Program-made: the position numbers and the translations under genes | Shown here: positions 39,998 to 50,065 of the stretch, piece after piece | Layout: each line of letters starts with the position of its first letter | Numbering within the stretch: position 1 is the first letter of the stretch | DNA from: an uncultured bacterium | Lineage (GTDB): Bacteria; UBP6; UBA1177 | Assembly: GCA_905235605.1 (NCBI GenBank) | Contig: CAJOMF010000002.1 | Span: 4,918 to 68,917 of the forward strand | Reading direction: 5' to 3' | Length of the DNA: 64,000 bases | Notes under the pieces: generated by a model | Told to the model about the DNA's origin: nothing | The model's database searches: none | What the model saw: the letters and a program-made list of their open reading frames with translations, nothing else

Positions 39998-41868
39998 GCT
40001 ACGAAAAGAACGCCGTCTTCACACCATGTGTAGAGAATGTCCAGAACATCTACCTTTTTGAATTTTTTCTTCAGCTCGGCAAATGTCGCCGTCTTTTTGG
40101 AGCGGATATAATCGAACACCATGAACTCTTCACTCGAGATGACTTTTGCAAAAACCGAGCCGTCAATGCGGTAGACGATTCCGTAAAGCTCCTCTTTGTC
40201 AACTTCCGAGGCATACTTTTTGAGGTCGATGTAACCGGTATCGATCAAATCTTCGATGTCGTAGGAAAATTTGTCGAAAAACGCCGAATCGTTTATGCCG
40301 AAAACCGTTGAATCGCAGATGGTTTCAAGCTGGTACGGCAATGCGACCCTGTCTTCGCTCTCGACCATTAGCGAAGTAGTATAAAAGTGGTTGTGTTTCA
40401 GCAGGTCTGATGCCACCGGCCACAGTTTTTTCTTCTGAAAACGGTCGAAAATGTACGAGAAAAACTCGTGGATATAGCCGAAAAGACGCGAATATTCGAT
40501 CGAATCGAAGTCTGATGCGACGATATCCGGAGCCTGTTTTTTTATCCACTTGTTCCAGCGCATGATGATTTCGTGGCACGGCATTTCAAGCCCTTTTGCG
40601 AGCATCGTGATTATCGAAACCATGCGTCCTTTGTTGTAAAGGAGATCTATTCCGTCTGAAAGTTCCGCCGCCTTTTCCATATCCTTTTTAGTGAACTGCG
40701 CGCTTTCCAGTGCGTTGTAGGGATATGAATTTTCGATAATGTAGCCGAATTCGCGCATCCGGTTGTATATTTTCGTGCCCGGATAGACCGAAAGACCTTT
40801 GAGGTTTATGGATATCGGCCAGAGATTGAAAACAACTTCGAGGTCGTTCAGAAAATCCTCGTAGGACATCCTTGGGAGACCTGCAATCACATCGATTCCG
40901 AACATCAGAGCCGGGAAATTCGCCATATACCTGATGTTGGAGAGAGCTTTGTTGACATTGAATGATGTGAGAAGATTTTCATGGACTTTCTGGTTTGTAG
41001 TCTGAATCCCGATATTGAGAAAAATGTTCATGTCAGCGAGAGTCTCGATATCGCCTTTCGAAAGGAGATCCGCCCTTACGGACATTTCGAAAATCGCATT
41101 CGGCAGATACTCGTTTATCATGGAAAGTATCTTGCTGAAGTGCTGGTGACTCAAGTTCGCGATCGGACAGCCGACGGATATCTGCGAAACTCCTTTTTCG
41201 GCAAAGAACTTCAGCTCTTTTTCAAGGTAGGCGAAACTGTGGTAACGCAGATTGCCGGAATGCGAAAAATCGATGCAGAAATCGCATTTGAAAAGGCAGC
41301 CGCGCGCTATTTCCCAGTAAACCGAAGTCGTTTCGTTGACAGGTATCATTCCGTTGAGATAAGGCGACGGAATTGTATCCAGATCGGCAATGACGCGGTT
41401 TTCGCCGTAAACGAAAGAGTGGCTTTTCTTGTCCTTGAAAACAATGCCCGAAGCCTTTCCTATATTTTCTCCGTTCCGTTTCAGCATCGCCGTTTCGTAG
41501 AGCGAAAGTTCCGGCTCGTCCTGAATGATAAAATCGAAGTCGAACTCCTTTTTTAAGTATTCTTCCGGACTTGCAAAGGTGTCGTAGCCCCAGAGCCCTT
41601 TGGTGAACTTCATGTTTTTGCACGATTTTGCCAGTTTCAGGATGTAGCCGGCATTCCAGTAAAGCACCCTGAAAACGACGATGTCGGCCTGCTGGTTTTC
41701 TATGATCCCGGCTGAAGTCGACATGTCGTCCGTCATGTAGACATTGACTATTTCGGCGCTTATTTCGTTCCACGATCTTGCTTCAACAAAGGCCTTTGCG
41801 GTAAAAACATGGTATTCCGTGTTTTTTACTACTCTTGACTTATTGACATTGACGATGGCTATTTTCAT
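39994..41868 (-). CDS. B12-binding-domain radical SAM protein with DUF4080-like C-terminus
   Basis: Cobalamin-binding-like N-domain and a radical SAM CxxxCxxC (GCLFKCDFC). 624 aa. Confidence 0.7.
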   Translation of the reverse strand: MKIAIVNVNKSRVVKNTEYHVFTAKAFVEARSWNEISAEIVNVYMTDDMSTSAGIIENQQADIVVFRVLYWNAGYILKLAKSCKNMKFTKGLWGYDTFASPEEYLKKEFDFDFIIQDEPELSLYETAMLKRNGENIGKASGIVFKDKKSHSFVYGENRVIADLDTIPSPYLNGMIPVNETTSVYWEIARGCLFKCDFCIDFSHSGNLRYHSFAYLEKELKFFAEKGVSQISVGCPIANLSHQHFSKILSMINEYLPNAIFEMSVRADLLSKGDIETLADMNIFLNIGIQTTNQKVHENLLTSFNVNKALSNIRYMANFPALMFGIDVIAGLPRMSYEDFLNDLEVVFNLWPISINLKGLSVYPGTKIYNRMREFGYIIENSYPYNALESAQFTKKDMEKAAELSDGIDLLYNKGRMVSIITMLAKGLEMPCHEIIMRWNKWIKKQAPDIVASDFDSIEYSRLFGYIHEFFSYIFDRFQKKKLWPVASDLLKHNHFYTTSLMVESEDRVALPYQLETICDSTVFGINDSAFFDKFSYDIEDLIDTGYIDLKKYASEVDKEELYGIVYRIDGSVFAKVISSEEFMVFDYIRSKKTATFAELKKKFKKVDVLDILYTWCEDGVLFVA

Positions 41869-41914
41869 TTGAAAACCTCAAATGTGGAATGAACGGATTT
41901 TTGGACGCAGAAAA

Positions 41915-43834
41915 TTAGTTTATGGAACTGAGATAGCTGGATATTGCCTTGAATTCCTTCATAGCTGCAGCGTATTCGACTTTGTCGCCTTCAGCTTTGA
42001 GAACTTCTTGAAGAATCGGAACAAATCCTTTGTCTTCGGTCTTGAGAAGTGCGATCGACATAGCTTCGCGGACATAGGGCTCAGTGTGTTTCATAACAGG
42101 TTTGAGCTGTTCTTTGTAGTCGCCGAGTTTGCCGGAGTAGCCGAGCATGTAAACTGCTTTTTCAACGACTGCCGGATTTTTGTCGCCGAGTTTTGCAACG
42201 TAGCATGCGTTGTCTGCTTTGCACTCTTTCGCAACGTTAGCTCTGTCAACGAATCTCTTGAACATTTCGACTGTCTTGTTGGTCGAATCGTAGTTTACGT
42301 CAAGTCTTGCTTCGTTTTTAACCTTTTTATCCATATCGTCTTTTGAAATTTCCTGACCTACAGGAAGTTCCTTTTTAACTTTATCGGTTGCTTTCTTTTC
42401 GACGTTAGCAACATATTTTTCGCCTTCTTCGATAACGCCTTTTGCAACTGCGATGAATCTGTCGGCCATTTCAGGATCGGAAACCATTCTTGTAAGAGCG
42501 TCAGCAGCCCAGACGGTAGCTTCGTAGAAAATGATCTTTTCGTTCATTTCGTTGTATTCGGAAACCGGTTTCTGCTTTACGACTTCTTCGAGGTATGGAA
42601 GAGCTTTCGGGTCACCGAGGATAGCAAGAGCTTCAGCGCCTTTCATCATGATCGAAATTTCCTGACCTCTGTCTGCAAGTTTAGCCTGTGCTTTTTCTTC
42701 TTTAGAAAGCTGACCCTTGTATTTTTTGCTGTTGGTTGCGTCTTTCGTGAACTTCTTGCTGACCATTTTGAGAAGCGTATCAGTAGCTTTGAAGTCGCCG
42801 AATTTTGCAAGCTGAACTGCAAGGTGCTCAGCAAGGAAAGGCTGTTTCTTGTCGGTTGCAAGCTGGGTTTCGAGCTCTTTGATGACCATGTCGACTGCCT
42901 GTTTCGAACGGATGTCGGCAAGAACGATCGAAGTTTTGAGCTTTGTCGTGGTTTCGATCGAAGCGATCGTTGCCATGTATTCGTCGTCTTTCGGGCATTC
43001 GCCTTTCTTCTTAGCCTCTTCGTTGCCGATGTATTCCGGGCAGAACTGTTTTGTAGCTCTTTCCTTGTTTGCGTTCTGGATCTCGTTTACTTTCGGGTTT
43101 TCGCCGTTGTAAGCCTTGATAAGCTCTTCTTCAGCCATTTTGCCGAGTTTGATGAGCGATTTTCTTGATTCCGGGAAAAGGCTGAAACCCTGCTCTTCAT
43201 AGAAAAGAGAAGTTACGAGCGGGCGGACTGTCGAAGGATCGCGCCATTCGCCGAGAAGACCGGCGGTGGTGTATTTCGTGCCGAAATCTTCGATCTTTGA
43301 GTCGAAAACTTTAAGGATTTCGGGAACAAGGTGCTTGCTTTCGTTCGGCATCTTTGCAAGAGCTTCAATCGCTGCACGTTTTGCAACAGATTCTGCTTTT
43401 TCACGCATACCGGGAGCAAGGACTTCCGGAGTCTGAAGCGTGAGATACTTCGCAAGTGTCGGAACAGATGACGGCTGTTCGAGAAGACCGAAAGCCATAG
43501 CCGCACTTTCAAGGGTTTTAAGGTTTCTTACGTTTGTCGTTGCAAGACATTCGTCTACGATCTGACTGATCCTGTCAACAGACTGCGTGCAGCCGATCTC
43601 GCCGGCGGTAAGCACTGCAAGCCCTGCTTCGGGTGTTTTGTCGAGTTTCAGAAGTTTCGAGCAGGCCTTGTCCATATTGACGATCTCGTCTTTCATCTTT
43701 TTGAGACCCTGGATAGCGTAGTTTCTCGTGTCTTTCGAGTAGAGTTTTCCAAGGTACTCGTCTTCCGGGTTACACGAAACAAGCATCATTGCAACCGGAA
43801 TCAAAACCAAAAGCATCAAACTTTTCAATTTCAT
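41915..43834 (-). CDS. HEAT/armadillo-like helical-repeat lipoprotein
   Basis: Lipobox MLVSC, 639 aa. Repeated K/E-rich helical hairpins. Confidence 0.4.
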   Translation of the reverse strand: MKLKSLMLLVLIPVAMMLVSCNPEDEYLGKLYSKDTRNYAIQGLKKMKDEIVNMDKACSKLLKLDKTPEAGLAVLTAGEIGCTQSVDRISQIVDECLATTNVRNLKTLESAAMAFGLLEQPSSVPTLAKYLTLQTPEVLAPGMREKAESVAKRAAIEALAKMPNESKHLVPEILKVFDSKIEDFGTKYTTAGLLGEWRDPSTVRPLVTSLFYEEQGFSLFPESRKSLIKLGKMAEEELIKAYNGENPKVNEIQNANKERATKQFCPEYIGNEEAKKKGECPKDDEYMATIASIETTTKLKTSIVLADIRSKQAVDMVIKELETQLATDKKQPFLAEHLAVQLAKFGDFKATDTLLKMVSKKFTKDATNSKKYKGQLSKEEKAQAKLADRGQEISIMMKGAEALAILGDPKALPYLEEVVKQKPVSEYNEMNEKIIFYEATVWAADALTRMVSDPEMADRFIAVAKGVIEEGEKYVANVEKKATDKVKKELPVGQEISKDDMDKKVKNEARLDVNYDSTNKTVEMFKRFVDRANVAKECKADNACYVAKLGDKNPAVVEKAVYMLGYSGKLGDYKEQLKPVMKHTEPYVREAMSIALLKTEDKGFVPILQEVLKAEGDKVEYAAAMKEFKAISSYLSSIN

Positions 43835-43929
43835 AACAACCTCTTAAAAAATAATGGAATTTAAAGCAACAAAAAACTCATCGGGGCGCACATTAGCAAA
43901 AAAAAAGTAAAATATCAAAAAATTTTGCC

Positions 43930-45216
43930 TTATTTTCCAAAGAAATACTCAAGCGCCTTTGTCATGTAGTAATGATCAGAGGTTCCGGCAGTTTCTCTGA
44001 TCGAGTGCATCGCCCACATCGCGTTGCCTACATCGACCGCTTTTATGCCGAGAGCGGCTGATGACATCGGGCCGATCGTGCTGCCTGACGGAACATCCGA
44101 GCGGTTCGCGATCTTCTGGCAGGGAACTTTTGCGCCTGCGCAAAGCTGCTCGAAATATGAACTTGTTTCGGCGGTCGTAGCGTATCTGAAACTTGAGCTG
44201 AACTTGATGACCGGACCTTTGTTCATTTTCGGAGCGTAAGCCGGATCGTGTTTTTCAGGGAAGTTCGGATGCTGCGTGTGTGCGCCGTCTGCACTGATGA
44301 GGAAACTCTTCGAGAAAGCTACGAATCTGTCGTCGGCACCTTTTGAAGTGAGCGCGACGATCCTTTCCAGAATCGTTCTCGTGAAAGATGAATCGGCACC
44401 CATCGGAGTACGTGAGCCGATCTCCTCGTTGTCGTAGAAAGCTGCAACAGTCGTTGCCTTGCCTGGTTTCGCCGCAAGGAAAGCGGTCAGGATCGAGTGG
44501 CACATCTGCAGGTTGTCAAGTCTGCCGGTCGAGATGAATTCGTCGTCGATCCCGCCGAAAGTCCCGCCCTGAAGGTCGTAGACGAAAAGGTCGGTCTGAC
44601 CGATATTTTCAGGTTTTTCGCCGAGTTCTTTGGCAACGAGCGTTTTGAGGACGTTTTTCGCCTCGCCGTCGGCAGTGAGGATGACCTGAAGATGGTTCTG
44701 CGGATTGAATTCGAATCCTTTGTTTGCCTCGCGGTTCATGTGGATCGCAAGAGACGGAACTATTGCAACAGGTCTGTTGATGTTGACGAGTTTTTCGACT
44801 TCGCCGTTTTTGGTTTTGACCATGACGCGGCCGGCGATCCCGAGATTCCTGTCAAGCCATGTGTAGACGAGCAGTCCGCCGTAGATCTCGGTCGTGACGC
44901 GGACACATCCCGCAGAAACATTTTCCGCGTTTTCCTTTAACTTAAGAAGCGGGCTGTCGGTGTGCGCGCCGGCGATTTTGAAGCCTGTGCTGACCGGAGC
45001 GTTGCTCCCGAGCCTGAAAGCGATGACCGAAGAGAGGTTTCTTCTGACGAAGTAGCCTTTTCCTTTCTCGAGTTTCCAAGGTTCGGCTTCGTCGAGTTCT
45101 GTGAAGCCTTTTTCCGTCAAAGTTTCGGCAATATTCTGCGCAGCGTGAAAAGCTGTCGGAGATTTGTCAATAAAATCAATAAGTTCCTGGCCTAACTGTT
45201 TGATTTCCTTTTTCAT
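43930..45216 (-). CDS. M18-family aminopeptidase
   Basis: HTDSP and NEEIGS metal-ligand motifs. 428 aa. Confidence 0.8.
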   Translation of the reverse strand: MKKEIKQLGQELIDFIDKSPTAFHAAQNIAETLTEKGFTELDEAEPWKLEKGKGYFVRRNLSSVIAFRLGSNAPVSTGFKIAGAHTDSPLLKLKENAENVSAGCVRVTTEIYGGLLVYTWLDRNLGIAGRVMVKTKNGEVEKLVNINRPVAIVPSLAIHMNREANKGFEFNPQNHLQVILTADGEAKNVLKTLVAKELGEKPENIGQTDLFVYDLQGGTFGGIDDEFISTGRLDNLQMCHSILTAFLAAKPGKATTVAAFYDNEEIGSRTPMGADSSFTRTILERIVALTSKGADDRFVAFSKSFLISADGAHTQHPNFPEKHDPAYAPKMNKGPVIKFSSSFRYATTAETSSYFEQLCAGAKVPCQKIANRSDVPSGSTIGPMSSAALGIKAVDVGNAMWAMHSIRETAGTSDHYYMTKALEYFFGK

Positions 45217-45307
45217 TTTTTAACTCCCATTAATTTGCAATACACCAAAAAAACGCAATATTTTAGGAATTTAAACATATATTGCAAATTTGTCGCACTC
45301 TCAAAGT

Positions 45308-45335
45308 TTGACATGGCGGAGTTAATCCTTAAAAT
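45308..45335 (+). promoter_or_regulatory. Sigma70-like promoter upstream of purD
   Basis: TTGACA(45308-13), 16-nt spacer, TAAAAT(45330-35). Preceded by the inverted TTGCAA-containing repeat aatttgcaata / tattgcaaatt. Confidence 0.4.
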
Positions 45336-45373
45336 ATCCCGTTTTACTGATTTTTAGAGGAAAACAGGGAAAA

Positions 45374-46654
45374 ATGAAAGTTCTGGTAGTCGGAAAAGGC
45401 GGTCGCGAACACGCTCTTGCATGGAAAATCGCTCAAAGTTTTTATGTTGACAAACTCTTCTGCTTTCCGGGAAACGCAGGAATAGCTGAGGTTGCAGAAA
45501 TACCTGATATTGCTGATGATTCTATCGAATCTCTGCTTGATTTCGCAATAAAGGAATCGATAGATCTCACAGTCGTAGGTCCGGAAGACTATCTCGCAAA
45601 AGGGATCGTTGATGCTTTTGAAGCGAAAGGGCTCCGCATTTTCGGAGTCAACAAGGATGCTGCACGCCTTGAATCAAGCAAGGCTTTCGCAAAAGAAGTG
45701 ATGAAAGCGGCGAAAATCCCGACTGCGGCGTATTCGACAGTCACTGATTTTGAAAGCGGTGACAAAATTCTGAAAACCTCGAAATATCCGGTAGTCCTGA
45801 AAGCTGACGGTCTGGCTGCAGGAAAAGGAGTAATAATCTGCGCAACTTATGAAGAAGCAAGTTCCGAACTTTCCCAGATGCTCGGCGGCAAATTCAAATC
45901 AGCCGGAGCAAAAGTCGTAATCGAAGAGTTTTTGAAGGGCGAAGAACTTTCTCTTCTTCTTCTCACCGACGGAACAAACGTCAAACCTCTCCTTTTCTCG
46001 CAGGATCACAAGGCGCTCAACGACGGTGACACAGGCTTAAACACAGGCGGAATGGGTGCATACACGCCGGTAAAATCAGGAACTGACGAACTTTATGAAA
46101 AAGTCGACAAAACCATAACGCAGCCGCTTCTCGACGAACTGAAAAAACGGGGCATAGATTACCGCGGGATCCTTTACATCGGGCTTATGATCGTTGACGG
46201 CGAGCCTTTTGTTCTTGAATACAACGTCCGCTTCGGCGACCCGGAAACAGAGCCTCTGATGTTCATGCTCATAAGCGATATCGTTCCGTATTTCCGGGCG
46301 GTTACAGGTAAAGGTGATACTACGCTTGAAGCGCTGCCGGAACTCGTCTGGAGAAGCGGTTACGGAATGTGCGTCGTCCTCGCAAGCGGCGGATATCCCG
46401 AAGGTTACGAAAAAGGAAAAGTCATCTCAGGACTTGATTCTGTCGATGAAAACTGTGTCGTATTCCACGCCGGAACTAAGTTCGATGCTTTAGGAAACAT
46501 CGTGACGGACGGCGGCAGAGTCCTTATGGTCACTTCAGGCGGGAAAGATATAAATGAAGCAGTTGAAAACACTTACAAAAATGTTGAAAAAATAACTTTT
46601 GACAAGGCTTATTTCAGACACGACATCGCCCACCGCGAAATGGAAAGGAACTAA
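45374..46654 (+). CDS. purD: Phosphoribosylamine--glycine ligase
   Basis: MKVLVVGKGGREHALAWK and ATP-grasp domain. 426 aa. Confidence 0.9.
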   Translation: MKVLVVGKGGREHALAWKIAQSFYVDKLFCFPGNAGIAEVAEIPDIADDSIESLLDFAIKESIDLTVVGPEDYLAKGIVDAFEAKGLRIFGVNKDAARLESSKAFAKEVMKAAKIPTAAYSTVTDFESGDKILKTSKYPVVLKADGLAAGKGVIICATYEEASSELSQMLGGKFKSAGAKVVIEEFLKGEELSLLLLTDGTNVKPLLFSQDHKALNDGDTGLNTGGMGAYTPVKSGTDELYEKVDKTITQPLLDELKKRGIDYRGILYIGLMIVDGEPFVLEYNVRFGDPETEPLMFMLISDIVPYFRAVTGKGDTTLEALPELVWRSGYGMCVVLASGGYPEGYEKGKVISGLDSVDENCVVFHAGTKFDALGNIVTDGGRVLMVTSGGKDINEAVENTYKNVEKITFDKAYFRHDIAHREMERN

Positions 46655-47229
46655 TGCAGATAAAAAAGGCTGAGTTTGTAAAAAGTGCTTCATCCATGTC
46701 AGGACTTCCCGAAGACGGCAGACCCGAATTCGCATTCATCGGGCGTTCCAATGTCGGAAAATCGAGTCTGATGAACATGCTGCTCGGGCGCAAAAATCTG
46801 GTGAAGACTTCGAAAAAACCTGGAAAAACAGTTCTTCTCAACTACTTCAACGTGAACGATTCTTTCTATTTCGTCGACCTTCCGGGTTACGGCTTCGCGT
46901 CGCGCTCGAAATCTGAACAGGATCTCTGGCGTGTCGTGATCGAAAAGTATCTCAGAACGAGAAAAAGCCTTGCCGATATTTTCCTCCTGATCGATTCAAG
47001 ACACGGTGTACTGCCCAACGACGAACAGATGATGGAGTTTCTTGATCACTACCAAATTGGTTACACGCCGGTTTTTACAAAGACCGATAAACTTACCAAA
47101 ACAGAACTTTCGGCGGCAAAGCAGAAAAATCAGGGCTCTTTTTTCGCAAGTGCGACCAGCGGTGAAGGCAAAGAACAACTACTTGATTATGTTGAAAAAA
47201 TTCTGAATAGCGGAGAAAATAGAGAATGA
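46654..47229 (+). CDS. engB: Ribosome biogenesis GTPase YihA/EngB
   Basis: GRSNVGKSSLMN G1 motif, DLPGYG. 191 aa. Confidence 0.8.
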   Translation: MQIKKAEFVKSASSMSGLPEDGRPEFAFIGRSNVGKSSLMNMLLGRKNLVKTSKKPGKTVLLNYFNVNDSFYFVDLPGYGFASRSKSEQDLWRVVIEKYLRTRKSLADIFLLIDSRHGVLPNDEQMMEFLDHYQIGYTPVFTKTDKLTKTELSAAKQKNQGSFFASATSGEGKEQLLDYVEKILNSGENRE

Positions 47230-47738
47230 TTTTCGCACTGCTTTCTTTCATGTTTTTTTCACAGGCGGTCCCGCTTGAAACGGTAGTTGCAAGCATGAAC
47301 AACCGCGCTATAACATATTCAGAAATACTTCAGGAAGGGGAACTTCTCAACATCGAGAACAACTTTCCGCCTGAAACGCCGCTTTCCGCAGAAATGAAGC
47401 AGACGATACTCGAACTGATATTTTTCAGGATAATCGCTTTTGAAGAGGCGCGCGAACACGAAGTTACAGTCGATGAAAAACTTGTCAGACAGAAAGTCGA
47501 AACTTACAAAAAAAACGTAAACATGAAAGCATTCATCGAAAAATACGAACTTACAGATTTTGAATTTAAGACGATAATCAAAATGCGGCTCATCACAGAC
47601 AAAATGACGAACCGCTTTCTTGAGCAGAAATTTCCGAAAGAAAAACGGATTTCGGAAGAGGAGAAACGGAAAGCCGTTGAAGACTGGAAGAAGAACCTTC
47701 TGAAACGGCAGAAACTTATGGTTTATCCAATGCCTTGA
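47226..47738 (+). CDS. SurA N-terminal-domain-like periplasmic chaperone
   Basis: 170 aa with signal-like N-terminus and helical chaperone-domain composition. Confidence 0.4.
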   Translation: MIFALLSFMFFSQAVPLETVVASMNNRAITYSEILQEGELLNIENNFPPETPLSAEMKQTILELIFFRIIAFEEAREHEVTVDEKLVRQKVETYKKNVNMKAFIEKYELTDFEFKTIIKMRLITDKMTNRFLEQKFPKEKRISEEEKRKAVEDWKKNLLKRQKLMVYPMP

Positions 47739-48502
47739 CGGAGATAAAAATGGGAAAAACGATTTCCGTAATCAATCAGAAAGGCGGCGTCGGCAAAACC
47801 ACGACCGCAGTAAACCTCGCAGCATCACTCAGTGCACTTGAGAAAAAAGTGCTTCTCATCGACATGGATCCGCAGGGAAACGCAACATCGATGAGCTCTA
47901 TCAAAGAAGAAAACTTCAATACGATCTATGACATGATGGCCGATCCCAATGTTAAAGCGGTCTATCCGACGAAACTCCCTTCTCTGAAGATCATCCCGTG
48001 CAATTCTGAACTTACCGGCGCAGAGATAGAACTTCTTGAAGTCGAAAACCGCGAATTCGTTCTGAAAGAGACGCTCGGCAGACTGAAAGACAAGTTCGAT
48101 TTTATCATTATCGATTCGCCGCCGACGCTCAATATCCTCACGGTAAACAACATGATAGCATCCGACGGTATAATCATCCCGATCCAGTGCGAATATTTTG
48201 CACTTGAAGGTTTGAGCCGGATAATGGAAACGATGAAAGGCATACAGAAACTGAATCCTGCAGTCGAGATTTACGGAATACTTCTCACGATGTACGACAA
48301 ACGCGTCAAACTCACTTACGAAGTTGAAAACGATGTCAGAGAGCACTTCGGCGGCCTCGTTTTTGAGACTGTGATCCCGCGGAACGTCAAACTGAGCGAA
48401 TCTCCGAGTTTCGGAATGCCGATACTTCTTTACGATGTCGCTTCTATCGGTGCTAAAAAGTATCTCGAACTGGCTGAAGAATTTCTCGAAAGAATCAAAT
48501 AA
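47735..48502 (+). CDS. parA: ParA/Soj-type partition ATPase
   Basis: Deviant Walker A KGGVGKTT. 255 aa. No parB follows. Confidence 0.8.
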   Translation: MTEIKMGKTISVINQKGGVGKTTTAVNLAASLSALEKKVLLIDMDPQGNATSMSSIKEENFNTIYDMMADPNVKAVYPTKLPSLKIIPCNSELTGAEIELLEVENREFVLKETLGRLKDKFDFIIIDSPPTLNILTVNNMIASDGIIIPIQCEYFALEGLSRIMETMKGIQKLNPAVEIYGILLTMYDKRVKLTYEVENDVREHFGGLVFETVIPRNVKLSESPSFGMPILLYDVASIGAKKYLELAEEFLERIK

Positions 48503-48517
48503 TCACAGAATCAGGGC

Positions 48518-48552
48518 AAAAAAAAGCGGTCACACGAAAATCGCATGACCGC
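48518..48552 (-). terminator. Rho-independent terminator of the HU gene
   Basis: GCGGTCA-13 nt-TGACCGC, followed on the minus strand by T8. Confidence 0.6.
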
Positions 48553-48581
48553 CATCCTGAAAAGGATTAAAAAAACGGAGA

Positions 48582-48903
48582 TTAGAGTTCCTTCTTGAAA
48601 ACAGGTGTCGGTTTGAAAGAAACAGTCTTCGTTGCCGGGATTTTGATTTCCTGACGGGTCTTCGGGTTGATACCCTTGCGAGCTTTTCTTTCGTTTACTT
48701 TGAAAGTTCCAACGCCGTTAAGGCTGAGTCTTTTCTCAGAAATGACAGTATCCTTAAGGATAGCTGTGAAAACATCGTAAAGCTCTTTAGCCTGATCGTT
48801 CGTGAGAGCAACTGATTTAACAGTTTCTTTCATCTTTTTAACGAAATCGGTTTTTGTGGTTGCTACGAGGTACTCTCTTTTTTTCTTTGCTGCTTTTGCC
48901 ATA
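48582..48903 (-). CDS. hup: HU/IHF-family DNA-binding protein with Lys-rich N-terminal tail
   Basis: Start MAKAAKKKREY preceded by a GGAGAG RBS. HU fold with arm motif RKARKGINPKTRQEIKIPA. Confidence 0.75.
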
Positions 48904-49131
48904 ACACTCTCCATAAAAAAGGTTAACAAACAACGTGCCATTTTAAGATTGTCACGGCGCTTGTCAAATATTTTTCAGTAAAATTAAGGCGTTTTTTTTA
49001 CTTTTTTTGTTGTTTTTTAGCTGTTGAGAGAGTTTTTTGCCTTTTTTTTGCTTTTTTGCAGTTTTTAAGCCCGAAACAGGTAAAATCTGCACTTAAAACA
49101 ACACTTTGATTGAAATCTGTCAGAGGTGAAA

Positions 49132-50061
49132 TCAGAGAAGAATGTCTATCTTGCTTTCACTGCGTTTCTTTTTTAACCAGGTCTGAAACATTTTTTCGAC
49201 ATTGCGCTGATAGTAGATGTTCCGCAGCATCTCGTAAGATTCATTATATGTCGGCGGATCGTGCTTTTCAACTTTGTCGAGCTTAACGATGTGCCAGCCG
49301 TATCGCGTTCTGAAAGGTCCGCTAACTTCACCTTCCTTCATGACCGCAAGTCTTTCCGAGAATTCCGGTACCATATCGCGTGCCGAAAAAGTGCCGAGAG
49401 CTCCTCCGTTTGCCGCCGAACCGTCCTGAGAATAGGACTTGGCAGCTTCCGCGAAAGTCATTTTTCCGCTGGTTACTTCTTTATAAATAGCGGACACGGC
49501 ATCCCTGATTTCATCATCGTTGCTTTCGTTGGCCTGCATAATGATGTGTGAAGCAGTGAAATAAAGTTCCGGTTCTTTGCTGAATTCCTTTTCGTATATT
49601 TCGCGCAGAGCTCTTTCATCGACATCCATCGTGACGATTATCCGTTTTTTCAATTTGAGAAGCAGAAGCTGCTCCTTCAGAACTTCGTTACGGTAAGTTT
49701 CAAACGACATGTTGCTTTTGGAAAGTTCCTGCTCGAACTGCTCGCGCGTCATTTTGTTCTGAGCAAGAACCGAATCCACCGCTGCATCGAGTTCGTCATC
49801 CGGAACATTGATATCGAGTGCTTCGGCTTCCTGCTTTGAAATTGCATTGTTTATGAGCTGATCAATGAGTTTGTCCTTTCTGTCAAGTACAGCCTGAGTC
49901 TGTACGCTTGCAGGATCGTCGAAGCGCAGCAGCTTTTTGCAGTCATAAATAGTGTAGACTTTGCCGTTGACACGGACAACCATCTTGTTCAGAAGCTGTT
50001 CGCCCGCAAAAACGGATGAAAATAAGATGAAAATAAAAAAGAAAACGAGACCTTTTTTCAT
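49132..50061 (-). CDS. SurA-like parvulin-type peptidyl-prolyl isomerase
   Basis: Signal peptide, SurA-N chaperone domain and PpiC domain (GPFRTRYGWHIVKL). Confidence 0.7.
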   Translation of the reverse strand: MKKGLVFFFIFILFSSVFAGEQLLNKMVVRVNGKVYTIYDCKKLLRFDDPASVQTQAVLDRKDKLIDQLINNAISKQEAEALDINVPDDELDAAVDSVLAQNKMTREQFEQELSKSNMSFETYRNEVLKEQLLLLKLKKRIIVTMDVDERALREIYEKEFSKEPELYFTASHIIMQANESNDDEIRDAVSAIYKEVTSGKMTFAEAAKSYSQDGSAANGGALGTFSARDMVPEFSERLAVMKEGEVSGPFRTRYGWHIVKLDKVEKHDPPTYNESYEMLRNIYYQRNVEKMFQTWLKKKRSESKIDILL

Positions 50062-50065
50062 CAGA

